From a virus (taxonomy: Duplodnaviria; Caudoviricetes), in IMG/VR virus record IMGVR_UViG_3300017987_005501: 64,000 bases of DNA; one strand, written 5' to 3'. Below are positions 56,646 through 64,000 of the stretch, piece by piece. Numbering within the stretch: position 1 is the first letter of the stretch; every line of letters starts with the position of its first letter. The notes beneath the pieces were generated by a model. The model was not told the DNA's origin. It searched no databases and saw only the letters and a list, made by a program, of their open reading frames with translations. The translations under genes were made by a program, and so were the position numbers.

Positions 56646-56740
56646 AATTAAAACCTTTGATTTATTAATTTAGACTTATTAATTAATCAAAGAATAACAG
56701 ATAATTACCAAAAAACAAGGATGAAAGTTTAACTAACAAA

Positions 56741-56768
56741 GAAAAACCCCAGATCAATGGATATGGGG
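56741..56768 (-). terminator. Possible intrinsic terminator after the iscA-like gene
   Basis: CCCCATAT...ATCTGGGG followed by TTTTTC on the minus strand; imperfect stem. Confidence 0.35.
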
Positions 56769-56790
56769 CAAATCTTAAGAATATAAGTGT

Positions 56791-57129
56791 CTATATATCG
56801 AAACTTGTACCACAACCACAATTTCTACTTGCATTTGGATTGTCGAACGTAAATTGACTATTCATTAAATCCGATTTATAATCTATTTCCAACCCGTTAA
56901 TGAAAAGATAGCTTTTTGGATCAGTCACAACTTCGAATTTTGTTCCATCGGAAGCTATAAAATCAAAACTTCTATCCGATTCTTCTTTTTTATCCGAAAT
57001 ATCGATTTGATAATTTAGCCCAGCACAACCCCCTGACTTAACACCAACTCTTACATATCTATCATCGATTTTTTCTTTTTGCATAACTCCAGCTAACTGA
57101 TCTATAGCTTTTTGGGTTAATTTTATCAT
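56791..57129 (-). CDS. iscA: A-type Fe-S carrier (IscA/HesB/ErpA family)
   Basis: The start was moved to ATG 57129. VRVGVKSGGCAGLNY, DPKSYLFING.EIDY, F.NPNA..NCGCGTSF. Confidence 0.93.
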   Translation of the reverse strand: MIKLTQKAIDQLAGVMQKEKIDDRYVRVGVKSGGCAGLNYQIDISDKKEESDRSFDFIASDGTKFEVVTDPKSYLFINGLEIDYKSDLMNSQFTFDNPNASRNCGCGTSFDI

Positions 57130-57190
57130 TATATTTTCCTTCAGAAAGAAAAAAGGGCCTACCGAAGTAGGCCCCAGAAATACTTTGAAT

Positions 57191-57733
57191 TTACTCCGGA
57201 CCATCCCTTTTTTCCCGCCCACTATCAATCGGGATATTTTTAATGGGTTTTTCAATTTCCTTTATATAAGGGAGCCTAATTGATAAAATACCATCTTCCA
57301 TATTCGCAGAGATAGTTTCTATATCAATACTTTTCGGCAGAGCAACCGAGCGAGAAAAGTTTCTAGTAGCAATGCTTTTCATGCAGCATTCTCTTTTATT
57401 ATTTTTCTCTTCTTTTTTAGAGTTCTTTCCATTAATAGTTAAGCGGTTATCCTCTAGTTTAATTTCGATGTCTTCTTGTTTGAACCCAGGGACGGCAGCT
57501 TCTAAATAAAGAGCTGTTTCGTCTTGGTAAACATTCATCTTTGGATAATCCCGCCCGGGTTCGAAGAAAATTCTAGTAACGGGTGCATCCCTAAAAAATA
57601 ATTTCCGCATATCATCCATTAACGTTTCCATATCACGGAAACCCTGAGAAATAGGATTATCATCAAAATCAAAAAACGGGAAAATACTAGAACTAAACAG
57701 ATTGGGTTTCGAGAGATTATTTTTCTTTGCCAT
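57191..57733 (-). CDS. Small heat-shock protein (Hsp20/alpha-crystallin)
   Basis: YPKMNVYQD..LEAAVPG..EDIEI....LTING...FSRSVALP..A.MEDGILSI.LP. Confidence 0.93.
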   Translation of the reverse strand: MAKKNNLSKPNLFSSSIFPFFDFDDNPISQGFRDMETLMDDMRKLFFRDAPVTRIFFEPGRDYPKMNVYQDETALYLEAAVPGFKQEDIEIKLEDNRLTINGKNSKKEEKNNKRECCMKSIATRNFSRSVALPKSIDIETISANMEDGILSIRLPYIKEIEKPIKNIPIDSGREKRDGPE

Positions 57734-57858
57734 TATTCACTCCTCTTCTGTAAAAATGTCCTGGGCGACTTTATCTACCTCAGGAACGACCTACGAAAAA
57801 TTCGAGTGTATTTATATATACGGAAAAAAATAAATTTTTATTGCAAAAAAATTCTTTT

Positions 57859-58509
57859 TTATAGAGTTAATTCGTTTGAGTCTAGATCTGTCCAATCGTC
57901 GTTGTTTCTATTTTGTAGGGGCTTTCTAAGCCCGCCATCTCCCCAATCCTCCTCCCAAACATCCTCTTTTTCTAAGGCTTTCCCGGGGGAACGGAAATCT
58001 AAAGTTTCTTCTTGAGCCTCCCCCGCAGCTATAAAATCTAAGTCTTCTAGAAGGTCCCCTCTGCGGACAATGTCTGTGTCACCAATATTAAACATTTCAT
58101 ATAGCCGTTTATAACGATTTTTATTTCCCGCGCTTTCAAAACAAAGTAAAGCATACCCTTTTGCTTCCCTAAAAGAATTTTTTGCTTTAACAGAGACGTT
58201 TTCTAAAAACCTCTCTGCAATAGTTTCGAAAGCCCTTCCCAACATTTCCCAGTCGAAGGCTCCATTAATATCTTGTTTTCCACTTAAATATTCTTTAATT
58301 ATTTTCCCGAGAAAATCTAGAGCTGAAAAATAAAATTGATCAGAATTTGATTTTAAAAGATTCCGGGCATTTTTTAAAACCTTTTGAAGTCTTTCGCTTT
58401 CTACTTTTCTTACAAATTTTTCGAAAACGCGATCATCGCCCGAATTATATGTTTCTCGGTATTCAAAAGAATTGAAATATTCGCTGTTGAAGGCATCTTT
58501 CCTAAGCAT
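57859..58509 (-). CDS. Hypothetical helical protein
   Basis: 216-aa ORF. Confidence 0.55.
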   Translation of the reverse strand: MLRKDAFNSEYFNSFEYRETYNSGDDRVFEKFVRKVESERLQKVLKNARNLLKSNSDQFYFSALDFLGKIIKEYLSGKQDINGAFDWEMLGRAFETIAERFLENVSVKAKNSFREAKGYALLCFESAGNKNRYKRLYEMFNIGDTDIVRRGDLLEDLDFIAAGEAQEETLDFRSPGKALEKEDVWEEDWGDGGLRKPLQNRNNDDWTDLDSNELTL

Positions 58510-58586
58510 CTTAATACCTTTTTTTAAGGGGTTTCGGAAAACGTCTTTAAAAAAGAAAGATATATAGAATACTACGGAGCGAACCC

Positions 58587-60602
58587 TTACTTCTTTTTCT
58601 TTTTCTTCTTTTTCTTGCCACGTTTAGAAGATTTGAACTCTATTTTTTCTCCCTCTTCATTAAAAAACCCAGATTTGCATTTAGGGAAATTTTCACATCC
58701 TAACATAACTGGGTCTTCTTTTCTTATTACAAGAGCCCCACTGCAATCAGGACATTTATACTTTGATTTTTTAGGGACCTTCTTTTGCACTTGAACCGGT
58801 TCTCCGTTTTCACCAATTTTGGCTGTAAACTGGCATCCTTTGTTTTTACCTTTCCACTCAGAGCAAGTGTAAAACTCCCCATAGCGACCGATCTTTTTAA
58901 TTAATTTCCCTTGTCCGCAATCGGGGCAATCAATATCAGTCGTATTCTGTTTTGCCGTAGCTACTTTTGTATCTGAAATAAATTGTCGAAGTTCTTTCCA
59001 AAAATCTTCTAAGATTTTTATGCCTTCTATTTCCCCATTAGCAACCTTATCTAGCTTTTCCTCTAAGGCAGCAGTGTAGTTGTACTCAATAAAGTTTTTC
59101 TTAAAGTTTTCGGATAAAAAGTCGATTAGGCTAAACCCAACTTCGGTTGGCCTTAAAACTCCACCTTTTTCTTTAACTGCGTAATTCCGATCTTCTGATG
59201 TAATTAAAGTTACGGTCGAAGCGTACGTACTTGGACGGCCAATTCCTAAATCTTTTAGCTGCTTGGTTAAAGTTGCCTCTTTGTAAGCGGGAGGTGGTTG
59301 TGTCTGATGTTCTATAGACTTAACTTCCAAGGCTTCTAACTCTTCTCCAGCTAAGATCGTTGGGAGTTTATTCTCGCTGGTGGATGAATATTTCGACCAC
59401 ACCTTCAAAAAGCCGTCGAAGGTAATAATATTTCCATTAGCTGCGAAAGGGTGCTTATTCGCTTTAATTTTAATCGTAGTTGCCTCGAACTCCGCATCTG
59501 CCATTTGACATGCCGTAAACCGTGCGTTAATTAAGTCATACAACTTTTTTTGGTCCGGGTCCATAATACTAACTTTTCCTAAAGCAGTTGGCCGGATACA
59601 TTCGTGTGCGCCTTGCTCCTTACTAGCCGATGATTTTTGTTTGTAATAATTAGGTTTAGAAGGAAGGTATTTTTTGTCGTAATTAGAACCAACGTGATCT
59701 CTAACCATAGTCATTGCATCTTTTGCTATAGCAAAAGAATCAGTTCTAATATATGTAATCAGCCCTTGTTGGTAAAGGACCTGTGCAAGTGCAGATATTT
59801 TCTTTGCTGACCAATTTAAAGCGGACCCCGCAGTTTGTTGAAGAGTTCCCGTATCTAGGGGAGGCAAAGGATGCCGTTTTCTTGCTTTTTGCTCTACCGC
59901 ATCTACAATAAACTTCTCTCCCTCTATGTCTTTAAGGATTTTTTTAACCTTATCAAAATCCTTCATTCGACCTTTAGAAACGTAAGAAGCGGTAAAGACT
60001 TCACCGCTTTTAGCTTTCAGTTTAGCATCAATTGTCCAATACTTTTCGGGAACAAAAGAATCTATTTCTCTTTGTCGGTCAACAATTATTCGCAATGTTG
60101 GGCTTTGGACCCTTCCAGCACTCTTTGCCTCTTTAACATTTTTCCAGACTAGGGGGCTTACTTTATAACCAACCACCCGGTCTAAGATTTGTCTTGCCTT
60201 TGCCGCATCAATTAATTCATAATCTAAAGCCGTTGGATTTTGTAGTGCCTTCTGTATTGCAGATTTTGTAATCTCAGTAAAAATAATCCTCTTAAAATTC
60301 GTGTTGACTGATTTAAGTTGTTCGTAAAGATGCCACCCGATTGCTTCCCCTTCGCGGTCATAGTCTGTTGCGATATAAATAATATTTGCGCTTTTTGCCG
60401 CTTTCTTTAGGTCATCTAAAACTTTTTTCTTTTCTTTTATAACCTTATATTTTGCTTTAAATGTTTTTAAGTCAACATCTGAGAGTTCCATGAAATGCCC
60501 AACTGAGGCTTTTACGTTATAACCAGACCCGGCGTAATTTTTGATTTTGTTAATCTTTGCCGGGGACTCTACTATGATCAAGTCCTTTTTCTTCGTTGCC
60601 AT
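58587..60602 (-). CDS. topA: DNA topoisomerase I (type IA) with C-terminal zinc ribbons
   Basis: LIIVESPAK, ATDYDREGEAI, SAGRVQS, LITYIRTDS (catalytic Tyr), AHECIRPT, GIGRPSTY, two C4 zinc ribbons. Confidence 0.97.
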   Translation of the reverse strand: MATKKKDLIIVESPAKINKIKNYAGSGYNVKASVGHFMELSDVDLKTFKAKYKVIKEKKKVLDDLKKAAKSANIIYIATDYDREGEAIGWHLYEQLKSVNTNFKRIIFTEITKSAIQKALQNPTALDYELIDAAKARQILDRVVGYKVSPLVWKNVKEAKSAGRVQSPTLRIIVDRQREIDSFVPEKYWTIDAKLKAKSGEVFTASYVSKGRMKDFDKVKKILKDIEGEKFIVDAVEQKARKRHPLPPLDTGTLQQTAGSALNWSAKKISALAQVLYQQGLITYIRTDSFAIAKDAMTMVRDHVGSNYDKKYLPSKPNYYKQKSSASKEQGAHECIRPTALGKVSIMDPDQKKLYDLINARFTACQMADAEFEATTIKIKANKHPFAANGNIITFDGFLKVWSKYSSTSENKLPTILAGEELEALEVKSIEHQTQPPPAYKEATLTKQLKDLGIGRPSTYASTVTLITSEDRNYAVKEKGGVLRPTEVGFSLIDFLSENFKKNFIEYNYTAALEEKLDKVANGEIEGIKILEDFWKELRQFISDTKVATAKQNTTDIDCPDCGQGKLIKKIGRYGEFYTCSEWKGKNKGCQFTAKIGENGEPVQVQKKVPKKSKYKCPDCSGALVIRKEDPVMLGCENFPKCKSGFFNEEGEKIEFKSSKRGKKKKKKKKK

Positions 60603-60903
60603 CTAATTCCTCTTCTTTAATTCCCAAAAGTTTTTTAATGTCGTCGCTAGGTAGTTCTTTTTTATAGGGCCTTGAGGGAGCATTCTCTAAAGAGTCGAGA
60701 AGTTTGTTATAAAATTGTGTTTGGTCAATTAATTTACCCTCTATAACAGCAAACGCGACCCCTGTAGTTGAAATAGCAAAAAGAGTCTCTTGTTTTGTAA
60801 CAATATTGGGATGAGTTTTCAAAGTATAGGATAGCTTTTCAAACCTTTCAATTTTATCCCGTTTTATATTATAAATCTCTAATTCGTCAAAATTAGAATT
60901 CAT
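60550..60903 (-). CDS. Hypothetical protein
   Basis: 117 aa; overlaps both neighbours. Confidence 0.5.
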   Translation of the reverse strand: MNSNFDELEIYNIKRDKIERFEKLSYTLKTHPNIVTKQETLFAISTTGVAFAVIEGKLIDQTQFYNKLLDSLENAPSRPYKKELPSDDIKKLLGIKEEELDGNEEKGLDHSRVPGKD

Positions 60904-62140
60904 CTTCTGCCCCTGTATTCCATATAATCCCTAAATCGTTTTCGGCTACAACATCTTGCGCTAACCCATCCTCCGATACCGAAATTTCTTTTGCATTTTT
61001 ACAAAAATCAGAAGCACTTTCTAAATGTTTTTCTGTGACTCTCTTCTCTAAAAGAGCATTAATTAAATCTTCCTCACTTGTTAGTTTTCCTTTAAACTCG
61101 TTACAAACTTTATCAACAACACCTAAAACCTCTGCTTGAAGAGCCTGGCTATTGATAAGAGGAACAATATCTAAACTTTCTGACAAGTCTAAGGCTCCAC
61201 GGGATATATTTTTATTATCTACCTTTTTCGCCCTTCCGTGATAACTTATCTCTATGGCATCTAACAACCGCAGAAACCTTTCTGGGAGTTTGTTTAACAA
61301 GTCCTTAGAGGAATTTATTGTTGTAATTAAAGCAGGGTCGGGCGAACAAAGGATAACGGCAGAAGGGATCTCTTTTCCAGATTTCATAATTCCTGTTTCA
61401 GGGTCTTCTTCTAATTCAGTTGTTAAAGCATCTGTGAAGAAATCCCATACATCCCCAATATTTTCTCCTGTGAGTTTTTTATACTTGAAATTCGGGACTT
61501 GCTCCGATTCTTCGTATAAATCATCTGGGATAGATTTTGGAGAATTGCTTGTATCTAACCACCGTTTTCTTTTATCACTGTAATGTTGAACGATATGAGA
61601 AGCACCATCAACAAAGATAGTTCTCCAATTCGGGTCATCATCGTAGGTAAAATATTTGGCTTCGGCATCTACTTTTTCCAGCATATATAGATTACCATCC
61701 ACATCATACCCGCTCACTGATCTGTATTTCTCTAAACCAACTATTTGGTCTACTGCTTGAGCCCCGAAGATTAAAGTTTGGACAGAAAACCCATTAACTA
61801 ACCACTCAGGCCACGTATATTCAGCACCAACTATAATTGGGATTTTTTGTTCCCACCCATCCTTTTTCATCCGCTCCATGTCTGATAAAAATTCAAAAGT
61901 TTTATAGAACGCCTCTATCCCTTCTCTAGAAATTTTATCTGTGATAACTAATGCCCCAAGGTCCCTTTCTAAAGCAATATGGTATAATCGAAGGATTGAA
62001 TCCTTTCCAGTCCCCATATTAGAATAACAATGTAAATCTACTTTACAACTGTCTTCTTTTGATTGTTTGTTAGTAGGCTGCTTGTTTACAGTTTTCTGGC
62101 TAGTCGTCTTCTTTTTCGTTTTTTTCTTGGCCATCTTCAT
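60893..62140 (-). CDS. PHP-fold protein with degenerate metal ligands
   Basis: VDLHCYS...LERDLGALVITDK...IIVGAEY; C-terminal LDAIEI and INSQA at the GSDAH position. Confidence 0.6.
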   Translation of the reverse strand: MKMAKKKTKKKTTSQKTVNKQPTNKQSKEDSCKVDLHCYSNMGTGKDSILRLYHIALERDLGALVITDKISREGIEAFYKTFEFLSDMERMKKDGWEQKIPIIVGAEYTWPEWLVNGFSVQTLIFGAQAVDQIVGLEKYRSVSGYDVDGNLYMLEKVDAEAKYFTYDDDPNWRTIFVDGASHIVQHYSDKRKRWLDTSNSPKSIPDDLYEESEQVPNFKYKKLTGENIGDVWDFFTDALTTELEEDPETGIMKSGKEIPSAVILCSPDPALITTINSSKDLLNKLPERFLRLLDAIEISYHGRAKKVDNKNISRGALDLSESLDIVPLINSQALQAEVLGVVDKVCNEFKGKLTSEEDLINALLEKRVTEKHLESASDFCKNAKEISVSEDGLAQDVVAENDLGIIWNTGAEDEF

Positions 62141-62759
62141 CCACCTCTTGAAAAGCTCGTTCTAAAATTTGGTAAACTTTATCTTTTAATCTATTTAATC
62201 TTAGATAGGCCTCTGCTGGGGAAATTTCACTTCTGTGAAATTGCCTTCGCACGATATCGTAGACATAAAAAAGCTTGCAATAAATTTCAAAATTAAAATA
62301 GGCTTTCTGTTTAATTAAATTAGATTCAAAATATACAAGTTGCTCTCTAAACTTCTCTTCGGAGAAATTAGATTCTCTGAGTTCTATCTGCTGCTCAAGG
62401 CCATCTGAAAAAGAATATAGGGATTCATCTATTGCCTTGAAATTAAATGTTGCTTCAAGCCACTCTATTGCTTCACTAAATCTCCAGCCACGTTTTTCTT
62501 TTACAAAATCGACAACGTTTAATGGTTTCTCAGTACAAACATGGCAATAAAACATATTTGTGTCAGGATAAATTGTTGCCGACGGCCTTAAATCCCCACG
62601 ATACCCATGCCAAGGGCAAGATACATTCTCTTGTTTTCCACCACCATAGCGAGTCGATTGACCTGACATAATTTCATAGACTCGGTGTATCGGCGCATTT
62701 TGCGAACAGGTATCAACTATTATATTAAAATACTCAGATTTATCTATAAGCTTTTTCAT
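62100..62759 (-). CDS. Stand-alone CHC2 zinc-finger (DnaG primase N-terminal-like) protein
   Basis: CPWHG..D..PS..IYP..N.FYCHVC...NVVDFV...W.F.EA..WL; no TOPRIM domain. Confidence 0.78.
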   Translation of the reverse strand: MKKLIDKSEYFNIIVDTCSQNAPIHRVYEIMSGQSTRYGGGKQENVSCPWHGYRGDLRPSATIYPDTNMFYCHVCTEKPLNVVDFVKEKRGWRFSEAIEWLEATFNFKAIDESLYSFSDGLEQQIELRESNFSEEKFREQLVYFESNLIKQKAYFNFEIYCKLFYVYDIVRRQFHRSEISPAEAYLRLNRLKDKVYQILERAFQEVDEDGQEKNEKEDD

Positions 62760-64000
62760 TAATCGTCGTCTTCAACCAAGTTCTCTAATTTTCTACTTTC
62801 TCCAACGATCCTAAGATTAAAGGGGTCGAAGAGAGGGTTATCCCTGTTCTTAAGATTTCCGATCTTTAGCTCTTTAGATTTTTGTAGCTCAGGGTCTAGG
62901 TAGGTGTAAACAATCACATCGGCACTCTTTTCCGCTTCATTTGCAAAACTTAAACAATCTGATTTGTATTCACCATCGCTTTTCTCTGCTTCTCTGTACC
63001 CCTGTCTGTTTGTTTGGAAAGGAGTTACGACCGGGAGGCCAATGCCACCATCAAATTTTAAGGCTAATTGCTTAAGATCCACCATAATTTCGTTTAGGGT
63101 TTCCATCGTGTTATTGTACCGCTTAACCGACTTTACGAGCCTAGCCTCATCTACAAAAAGAAGGTCAACCCCAGATTGCTTATGCTCCTGCTCAACTTTT
63201 GCTTTAATATCTGGAACAGTTAAATCCATCGCGGGCTTCTCAATAATAAGATTGCCATATCTTTCATTGGTTTCTAAATCATTTAATACGATTTGAAGAA
63301 ACTTTTCTTCATCTTGAGAAAGCATCCCGTCCCTTAAATTATTATAATTAATCTTTCTATAGTATTCTCTATATTTGGGGTGGGTCTTAAATAAGGGATG
63401 CTCCGCGTGGATACAATAAAGAATTCTTTGAACCTGCTCTCGGCTCATCTCTAATGTTATATAGTAAACATTATAACCAAAAAGAAAAGCTGTGTTATAA
63501 GCATAATTTAAGCTTAATGTTGTTTTCATATTACCAGCAAAGCCAGCAATTAACATAAGCTCACCTTTGCGTAGCCCTTTATTTGTCCTATCAATTTTTT
63601 CTAGTCCTAAGAGCCTTCCCATTCCACTTGAAGGGTCGTTCTTTACGGCTTGATAATGCTCTAGAAACTCGTTTTTAGCCTCTTGTGATCTAATATTAAC
63701 CTTTAATTTTTGTCCGAGAGGATCGGATAAATATTTATCGCAATTTTGAATGATATGGCGAGCAGCAGCAACATGGCCTTTTAGTAGGCTTTTATCTATT
63801 TTCTTACCAGACCCTGTTATTTGCGCTGCATCCTTTATTAATTGAATAAAGTCTCTTTGAAGCTGATTTTGAACAAGTTCTTTTAAAAGACGGATAAACT
63901 GGGATCTAATATATGCTTTAGCCTGTTTAACTTCCTTCAACTTATCTAAGATTTTAGGCTCGTTTTCCTTAGAAAAATAGTCTTCTAAGGTATCTACTGT
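62759..64000 (-). CDS. dnaB: Replicative DnaB-like (SF4) helicase, 5' end outside the window
   Basis: IDRTNKGLRKGELMLIAGFAGNMKTT, TLEMS, FVDE, QTNRQG, AEKSADVI, KNRD; the frame stays open to base 64000. Confidence 0.88.
   Translation of the reverse strand, partial: TVDTLEDYFSKENEPKILDKLKEVKQAKAYIRSQFIRLLKELVQNQLQRDFIQLIKDAAQITGSGKKIDKSLLKGHVAAARHIIQNCDKYLSDPLGQKLKVNIRSQEAKNEFLEHYQAVKNDPSSGMGRLLGLEKIDRTNKGLRKGELMLIAGFAGNMKTTLSLNYAYNTAFLFGYNVYYITLEMSREQVQRILYCIHAEHPLFKTHPKYREYYRKINYNNLRDGMLSQDEEKFLQIVLNDLETNERYGNLIIEKPAMDLTVPDIKAKVEQEHKQSGVDLLFVDEARLVKSVKRYNNTMETLNEIMVDLKQLALKFDGGIGLPVVTPFQTNRQGYREAEKSDGEYKSDCLSFANEAEKSADVIVYTYLDPELQKSKELKIGNLKNRDNPLFDPFNLRIVGESRKLENLVEDDD

Noticed and set aside
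15145-56690. TTAATA(A) as a late promoter upstream of several lone genes
   Set aside because: It is too common in AT-rich DNA, its spacing is inconsistent and it is absent before some candidate genes; it needs a statistical test.
57734-57858. RNA thermometer or CIRCE/HrcA control of hsp20, groEL or dnaJ
   Set aside because: No TTAGCACTC-N9-GAGTGCTAA was seen upstream of these genes. The hsp20 leader has a TCCTG/CAGGA hairpin, but it does not clearly sequester the SD and has no ROSE or fourU motif.

Overview
This AT-rich 64 kb window is best read as part of a very large (jumbo/huge) bacteriophage genome using the standard bacterial code. That assignment is inferred from strong AGGAG-type Shine-Dalgarno sites, tight gene packing, host-like genes scattered outside their usual operons and many orphan ORFs. 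The region 1-15.1 kb (minus strand) holds three modular virion-fibre-like genes. One encodes a 3466-aa Gly-X-Thr collagen-like protein with three 180-aa knob domains. The region 15.3-34.4 kb (mostly plus strand) carries family-4 UDG, map, def, an HNH nuclease, two sigma-70-like genes, queE, a NUDIX fusion, uvrD, a 5'-nucleotidase, yvcK, thyA, a mini radical-SAM protein, a candidate Acb2/Tad1-like sponge, a doubly frameshifted gene, DHFR and a dNMP kinase. The region 34.4-64 kb (minus strand) carries a neuB/glycosyltransferase block, a pseudokinase, rpsU (bS21), gyrB-gyrA, dnaJ, a non-autonomous IscB/omegaRNA element, an IMPDH/GMP-reductase-family gene, a CYTH-kinase fusion, groEL, a peptidase-vWA protein, a methyltransferase, an IscA/HesB carrier, Hsp20, topA, a degenerate PHP protein, a primase Zn-finger gene and dnaB. 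The most promising leads are the roughly 0.8-micrometre segmented collagen fibre, a possible phage-encoded nonulosonate glycosylation system acting on it, and a gyrase with substitutions at three quinolone-resistance positions. I saw no tRNA, rRNA or CRISPR array by eye. All family calls come from motif recognition and memory; no database search was run.
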